Assembly (NCBI GenBank): GCA_039803205.1
Contig: JBDRYB010000002.1
Location: 56,880-120,879 of the forward strand
From: a candidate division WOR-3 bacterium
GTDB lineage: Bacteria > Hydrothermota > Hydrothermia > JBDRYB01
DNA: 64,000 nt
Direction of reading: 5' to 3'
Shown here: positions 59,971-64,000 of the stretch, one piece after another
How the letters are laid out: each line of letters starts with the position of its first letter
How positions within the stretch are numbered: position 1 is the stretch's first letter
Notes under the pieces: model-generated
What the model saw: the letters and a program-made list of their open reading frames with translations, nothing else
Database searches by the model: none
Told to the model about the DNA's origin: nothing
Made by a program: the position numbers and the translations under genes

Positions 59971-60429
59971 TTGAACAAGCTGGCAGGCTTTGACCCTCTC
60001 CTTGTTGCTACATGGGCACAGCTTCACTGGAAAACCTTTGAGACTTTCACAGAAAAGGGCCGCGCGGTTATCATGGGCAGGCTCCGGCCTTTCAGGGAAT
60101 ATACCGAAAAAGCCCAGGATATTATACGAGGCGCGCACGAGGCCAGAGAGGCACACTTAAGAGATGGGCACCGGACCCAATCAGAAAACAGGGAAAATAC
60201 CTCTATATTTGAGCCTCACGGAGAAGGTGAATACCTTAGGCCTCCGGGAATAGGAGGCCCTCGGCCCCCCGAGTTAAAGGCCCAGGCGCGCGAGCTATGG
60301 GAGAACAACTCCCTCACGGCGCGACAAATAGCCGAGAGGCTTGGAATACCCCCGGAGAGAGCGAGGATTATCACTGATTGGGTTTACTTTCAAGGCTGGA
60401 AGCTGACCCTTACCCAAAACCTTCCCTAA
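59971..60429 (+). pseudogene. Mobile-element-like hypothetical gene with a C-terminal HTH, cut by an IS end
   Basis: LTARQIAERLGIP HTH; last codons come from the IS terminal repeat. Confidence 0.45.
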
Positions 60430-60717
60430 TCCTCATAATTTGTCTCCTATGGAAGGACTCATTGAATATCTTTCACCACTGATGGAAGTCTTGGGAGACA
60501 GCAGGCGTTATGCAATGGTGAGGGATGCTGTCTCAGGGGTAATCCAATGCGGTAAGCTCTCGGTCATAACCAGAGGCCTCATGTGGCTCACGGTATCAGT
60601 GAGCGTGGATGAGGAGCCGGTTACGAGTGGATAAACAGAAGCTCTGGCGAGCTATCATGTGGGGCACGGATAACCCTGATGAAATCCCCGAGAGGTGAGG
60701 AAATGGGTAAGGGCCAG
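60403..60717 (+). mobile_element. Internally deleted IS4-like element (MITE-sized, 315 bp)
   Basis: TIRs CTGACCCTTACCCA (60403-60416) and TGGGTAAGGGCCAG (60704-60717), 13/14 match; transposase N-terminal fragment at 60449-60634. Confidence 0.72.
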
Positions 60718-60765
60718 CCAATACCCCTTGATCGTTCGGGTCTATTCCATTATAAGAATACAGAT

Positions 60766-61209
60766 ATGTTTGGGGCTTTGATCTTTGGGCTTCTCGTTCC
60801 TCCTGATTCGGTCACCCCTCTCAATCTTCACTGGATTGATACCATAGAGGACTGGAAATGGGGATACATGAGGAAACTGGAGGCCAGAATAAGGGTCATA
60901 TATTGGACCGCGAGACCCAGAGCAAGGGGGTTCTATAGGTTATCGCCTGATGAAGTTTTCATCTCCTATTCCGTATCAGAAAGGTTTGTAACCCGTGTTA
61001 GTGAGGGAGTAATGATCTGGACCCGGTGGATGTGTCGCGAAGACAGCGGGGTAGTTGTATCCTTAGAAGGTCCTTGGAAAACCGAATTCCTGATATGCAA
61101 CAAAAAGACCCGGAAATACACCAACTTCTATGTGATAGTATCCCCTCCTCGGGGTTCTCTGGACCTAAAGGGCAGGAAGATGGAAAGTCCCAGCGTGCTA
61201 TCCAAGTAG
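60766..61209 (+). CDS. Hypothetical exported protein
   Basis: Short hydrophobic N-terminus MFGALIFGLLV; the upstream part of the ORF-track call lies in the IS. Confidence 0.55.
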   Translation: MFGALIFGLLVPPDSVTPLNLHWIDTIEDWKWGYMRKLEARIRVIYWTARPRARGFYRLSPDEVFISYSVSERFVTRVSEGVMIWTRWMCREDSGVVVSLEGPWKTEFLICNKKTRKYTNFYVIVSPPRGSLDLKGRKMESPSVLSK

Positions 61210-61246
61210 GGAAACAGGACGCTTTTTGGGGATATAATCTAGTCCT

Positions 61247-63397
61247 GTGAAATTCGCTCGGGTTGCCATCCCAGATGCAGGCGCTACCCTGACCTACCGG
61301 GTTCCTTTGGAGATGGGCCTCGGCAGGGGCGATGTGGTTCTCGTTCATGTCAGGGAAAAGACCTACACCGGCCTGGTTCTCGGAGAGGATGACCCCTTCC
61401 CGGGCGCGAGGCCCATCTACGGCAAGACTGGCATAAAGATCCCCGAGGGCCTCGTCGCGCTCTCTGAGTGGATAGCCATATACTATCTCTCGCCCATCCA
61501 CGAGGCCGCGAGGCTCATCCTTCCGCCTGGAATGCCGAAAAAGGAGCGGATTGAGATAAGGATGAGGAGGGACCCTCCGCTGGTTAAACCGAGGGGAAGG
61601 GTCCAGAGGGAGCTTTTGGCTTATCTTTGGGAAAGGAGAGGGCGGTGGCTCAGCTTGGATTGGCTTTACAGGAAATTCGGGCAACCTGGAAGGGGGTTTC
61701 TTGAGAGGCTCATTGAGGAAGGGGCTTGCCAAGTGAGATCAAAAATGCCAGAAGCGAGAACCGAGGAAGGGGAAAGGTTTGTGGAGGAGGGAGGGGATGT
61801 CTTCTTTCCGGAAAAGCCCACCTCTCAGCAGAGAAGGGTCCTCAGGAGCCTGAGGGAAGTTTTGAAAAAAAAGGAGTTTAGAGTCGCTCTCCTCCACGGA
61901 GAGACAGGCTCTGGAAAGACCGCTGTCTACGCCTGGCTCGCGAGGGAGGCCCTGATGAGAGGCAAATCAGCGATAATTCTGGTGCCTGAGATAAGCCTAA
62001 CCCCCCAGCTCGCGGCTGTTTTCAGAAAGGCACTGGGGAAAAGGATCGGCGTGTATCACAGCGCTTTCAGCCCATCAGAAAGGATGTGGGTTTGGAGGCA
62101 GGCCGAGGCTGGAGACATAAGGGTTGTGCTTGGGCCAAGGTCAGCGCTCTTCCTTCCCGTGAGGGATCTTGGGCTTATCGTTGTTGACGAGGAGCACGAT
62201 GACTCATATAAATCCCAGAGGCTTCCTCATTATCACGCGAGGGATGTTGCCACTGTGAGGGCGAAGGCCGAAGGAGCGCTTCTTGTCCTTGGCTCCGCCA
62301 CCCCATCAGCCGAATCCTACTACAACGCGAAGCGCGGAAAATACCTGTATCTCAGGATGCCTGAGAGGGTTCCCGCATACACGGAGCCAGTTGTCAGGAT
62401 AATAGACCTAAAAGAGACCGAGGTCTCAGGGGTTTTCTCGGTTCCGCTTCTTGACGCGCTCAGAGAAACGATTTCATCAGGTTACCAGGCAATACTCTTC
62501 CTGAACCGACGAGGCTACGCTCCGTATATCCAGTGTTTGAGATGCGGGATCGTTTTGGACTGTCCTTTTTGCTCCATTTCATACACATTCCACAAGGACA
62601 CCGGAGTCCTGGTCTGCCACCTCTGCGGCAGGACAGCGAGGGTTCCAACCCTATGCCCCTCTTGCGGAAGCCCGTCCCTTGTTCCGATGAGATACGGGGT
62701 CCAAAGGGTCCAGGAGAACCTGGAGGCCCTTCTCCCAGGAGTAAGGATCCTCAGGCTTGATAGGGATATATCCAGAAGGAGAGAGGGACCTGAGGGGGTC
62801 TTCAGGGATTTCGCCTCAGGAAACGCCAAGGTTCTCGTTGGAACCCAGCTAGTAACAAAGGGCCTGGATTTTCCGGGCGTGAAGCTCGTCGGGGTTCTCA
62901 TAGCGGACATGGGGCTTTTCAGGCCGGATTTCAGGGCAAGCGAGAGAACATTTCAATTGCTCTCGCAGGTTACGGGAAGACTGAGAACAGGGGGGATGGT
63001 TATGATACAGGCTGTTAACCCTGAGGAAGGAGCAATAAGGTTTGCCAAGCTTAAGGATTACGAGGGATTCATGGCTCAGGAGCTCGCGGAGCGGAAGAGA
63101 TACGGCTACCCACCGTTCTCCAAGCTAGTTCTCGTTGAGGCAAAAGGGAAGGATAGGGCCAAGGTAATCCAATTTCTTGAGGGGCTCGCGATGCAAACCG
63201 CTTCTTGGCTCGGGGGGAAGGGACTGATCCTGGGGCCGTCGCCATCCCCATATGAGCGGGTGGGAGGGCTTTTTAGGGCGAGATTTCTGATAAAGACCAA
63301 AAAGGGCCTCAGCCCAGAGCTGGACTTTCTGGCTGGGTATCAAACGCCCTCAGGGATCGAGCTCAGAGTGGATGTTGACCCAGTGGATATGATGTAG
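61247..63397 (+). CDS. priA: Primosomal protein N' (replication restart helicase)
   Basis: HGETGSGKT, LVPEISLTPQ, VDEEHD, LNRRGY, four CxxC pairs, KGLDFP. Confidence 0.97.
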   Translation: MKFARVAIPDAGATLTYRVPLEMGLGRGDVVLVHVREKTYTGLVLGEDDPFPGARPIYGKTGIKIPEGLVALSEWIAIYYLSPIHEAARLILPPGMPKKERIEIRMRRDPPLVKPRGRVQRELLAYLWERRGRWLSLDWLYRKFGQPGRGFLERLIEEGACQVRSKMPEARTEEGERFVEEGGDVFFPEKPTSQQRRVLRSLREVLKKKEFRVALLHGETGSGKTAVYAWLAREALMRGKSAIILVPEISLTPQLAAVFRKALGKRIGVYHSAFSPSERMWVWRQAEAGDIRVVLGPRSALFLPVRDLGLIVVDEEHDDSYKSQRLPHYHARDVATVRAKAEGALLVLGSATPSAESYYNAKRGKYLYLRMPERVPAYTEPVVRIIDLKETEVSGVFSVPLLDALRETISSGYQAILFLNRRGYAPYIQCLRCGIVLDCPFCSISYTFHKDTGVLVCHLCGRTARVPTLCPSCGSPSLVPMRYGVQRVQENLEALLPGVRILRLDRDISRRREGPEGVFRDFASGNAKVLVGTQLVTKGLDFPGVKLVGVLIADMGLFRPDFRASERTFQLLSQVTGRLRTGGMVMIQAVNPEEGAIRFAKLKDYEGFMAQELAERKRYGYPPFSKLVLVEAKGKDRAKVIQFLEGLAMQTASWLGGKGLILGPSPSPYERVGGLFRARFLIKTKKGLSPELDFLAGYQTPSGIELRVDVDPVDMM

Positions 63398-63415
63398 GCA
63401 AAGGAAACCGGGCGC

Positions 63416-63445
63416 TTGACCGGCCACGGCCTATAAGGTTATAAT
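63416..63445 (+). promoter_or_regulatory. Sigma70 promoter of a leaderless gene
   Basis: TTGACC-N18-TATAAT-N6-ATG. Confidence 0.7.
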
Positions 63446-63451
63446 TTAGCC

Positions 63452-63856
63452 ATGGCTGAAACAGAAACCCTACCTCCACAGGCTGATGAGAAGGAGTGGG
63501 AAGGCTTCGCTCGCGAGCTCAGGCTGGCCCGGCCGTGGATCATGGCCATGGGCGTTATAGACATAGTTATCGGCGCTTTGTCCCTTCCTCTTGGTGCTGG
63601 GAACATTGTGATTGGAGCCATGCTCCTTCTCCTTGAATCCAGGCTCAAGAGATTTCTTAATGGCGAGGCTAATACCCTCAAGGTATTTGCTTCCCAGCTC
63701 AGGCTTTACTTCGTCATATCTGTCATAGTGTTCATCGCTACGATGGTCTTCTATTTCATATTCGTCCTTCTCTATGTGGTTCTCGTGATCCTATTTGCCA
63801 TAATCCTCACCCTCATAACCACCGCGGGTAGCACGGCAACCCAGAGCCTACTGTGA
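63452..63856 (+). CDS. DUF5362-like small membrane protein
   Basis: WxxxxGV..IVxGAL..L.G pattern, 3 TM segments. Confidence 0.6.
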   Translation: MAETETLPPQADEKEWEGFARELRLARPWIMAMGVIDIVIGALSLPLGAGNIVIGAMLLLLESRLKRFLNGEANTLKVFASQLRLYFVISVIVFIATMVFYFIFVLLYVVLVILFAIILTLITTAGSTATQSLL

Positions 63857-63862
63857 GAACCC

Positions 63863-64000
63863 TTATCCCCAAAGAATCATCCTCAAAGCGAGGAGGATGT
63901 AAAACCCCAGCATTACCAAGAGCGTGCTCCTCTCGGACCTGAGAGCAGACCGCCACTTCCCCCCTCGCCAGCTGGCCCTTTTCGGGATAATGAGAAATCT
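63863..64000 (-). CDS. 3' end of a membrane protein (possibly isoprenylcysteine methyltransferase-like), partial
   Basis: Open frame RFLIIP...WRSALRSERST + TM, stop at 63863. Confidence 0.4.
   Translation of the reverse strand, partial: RFLIIPKRASWRGGKWRSALRSERSTLLVMLGFYILLALRMILWG

Noticed and set aside
31356-60634. Transposase fragments at 31.4-31.8 kb and 60.4-60.6 kb as two halves of one split IS
   Set aside because: The 60.4-kb piece has both of its own TIRs, which do not match the 31.36-kb end
28563-61732. Other long alternative-frame ORFs (28563-29156 -, 35377-36045 +, 60998-61732 -)
   Set aside because: They overlap better-supported genes and lack motifs; expected by chance at this GC content
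1-64000. CRISPR array, cas genes, rRNA
   Set aside because: No regularly spaced 25-40 bp repeats with unique spacers, no cas motifs and no rRNA-like sequence seen; periodic repeats are coding propeller blades

Overview
A roughly 55% GC-looking bacterial chromosome segment from a diderm organism (lptF, lolA, Wzi, AsmA, MltD). Several secreted proteins carry T9SS/FlgD-like C-terminal domains, which fits an FCB-related lineage such as WOR-3 (inference). Most of the window is shuffled housekeeping and envelope genes (serS, speE, speB, topA, sucD, priA, an M16 peptidase pair, ABC/OPT transporters, FG-GAP/PQQ propeller proteins) plus tRNA-Lys(UUU). Four accessory patches interrupt it. (i) 17.9-20.8 kb: an NYN RNase gene preceded by a symmetric structured RNA leader, next to a type II R-M pair. 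(ii) 27.8-29.9 kb: a defence-like islet between speE and speB (HxH protein + DUF1828-like pair, dead HEPN, deleted HNH). (iii) 31.2-32.5 kb: IS remnants behind tRNA-Lys. (iv) 57.4-60.7 kb: two stacked integrase tails each followed by its own cargo, a tRNA-Lys-derived att site and a miniature IS. Two window-wide patterns stand out: many apparently leaderless genes (TANNNT-N6-8-start), and exported proteins with ultra-short signal peptides lacking a basic n-region. No CRISPR array or rRNA was seen. All family calls come from motif recognition, not database searches.
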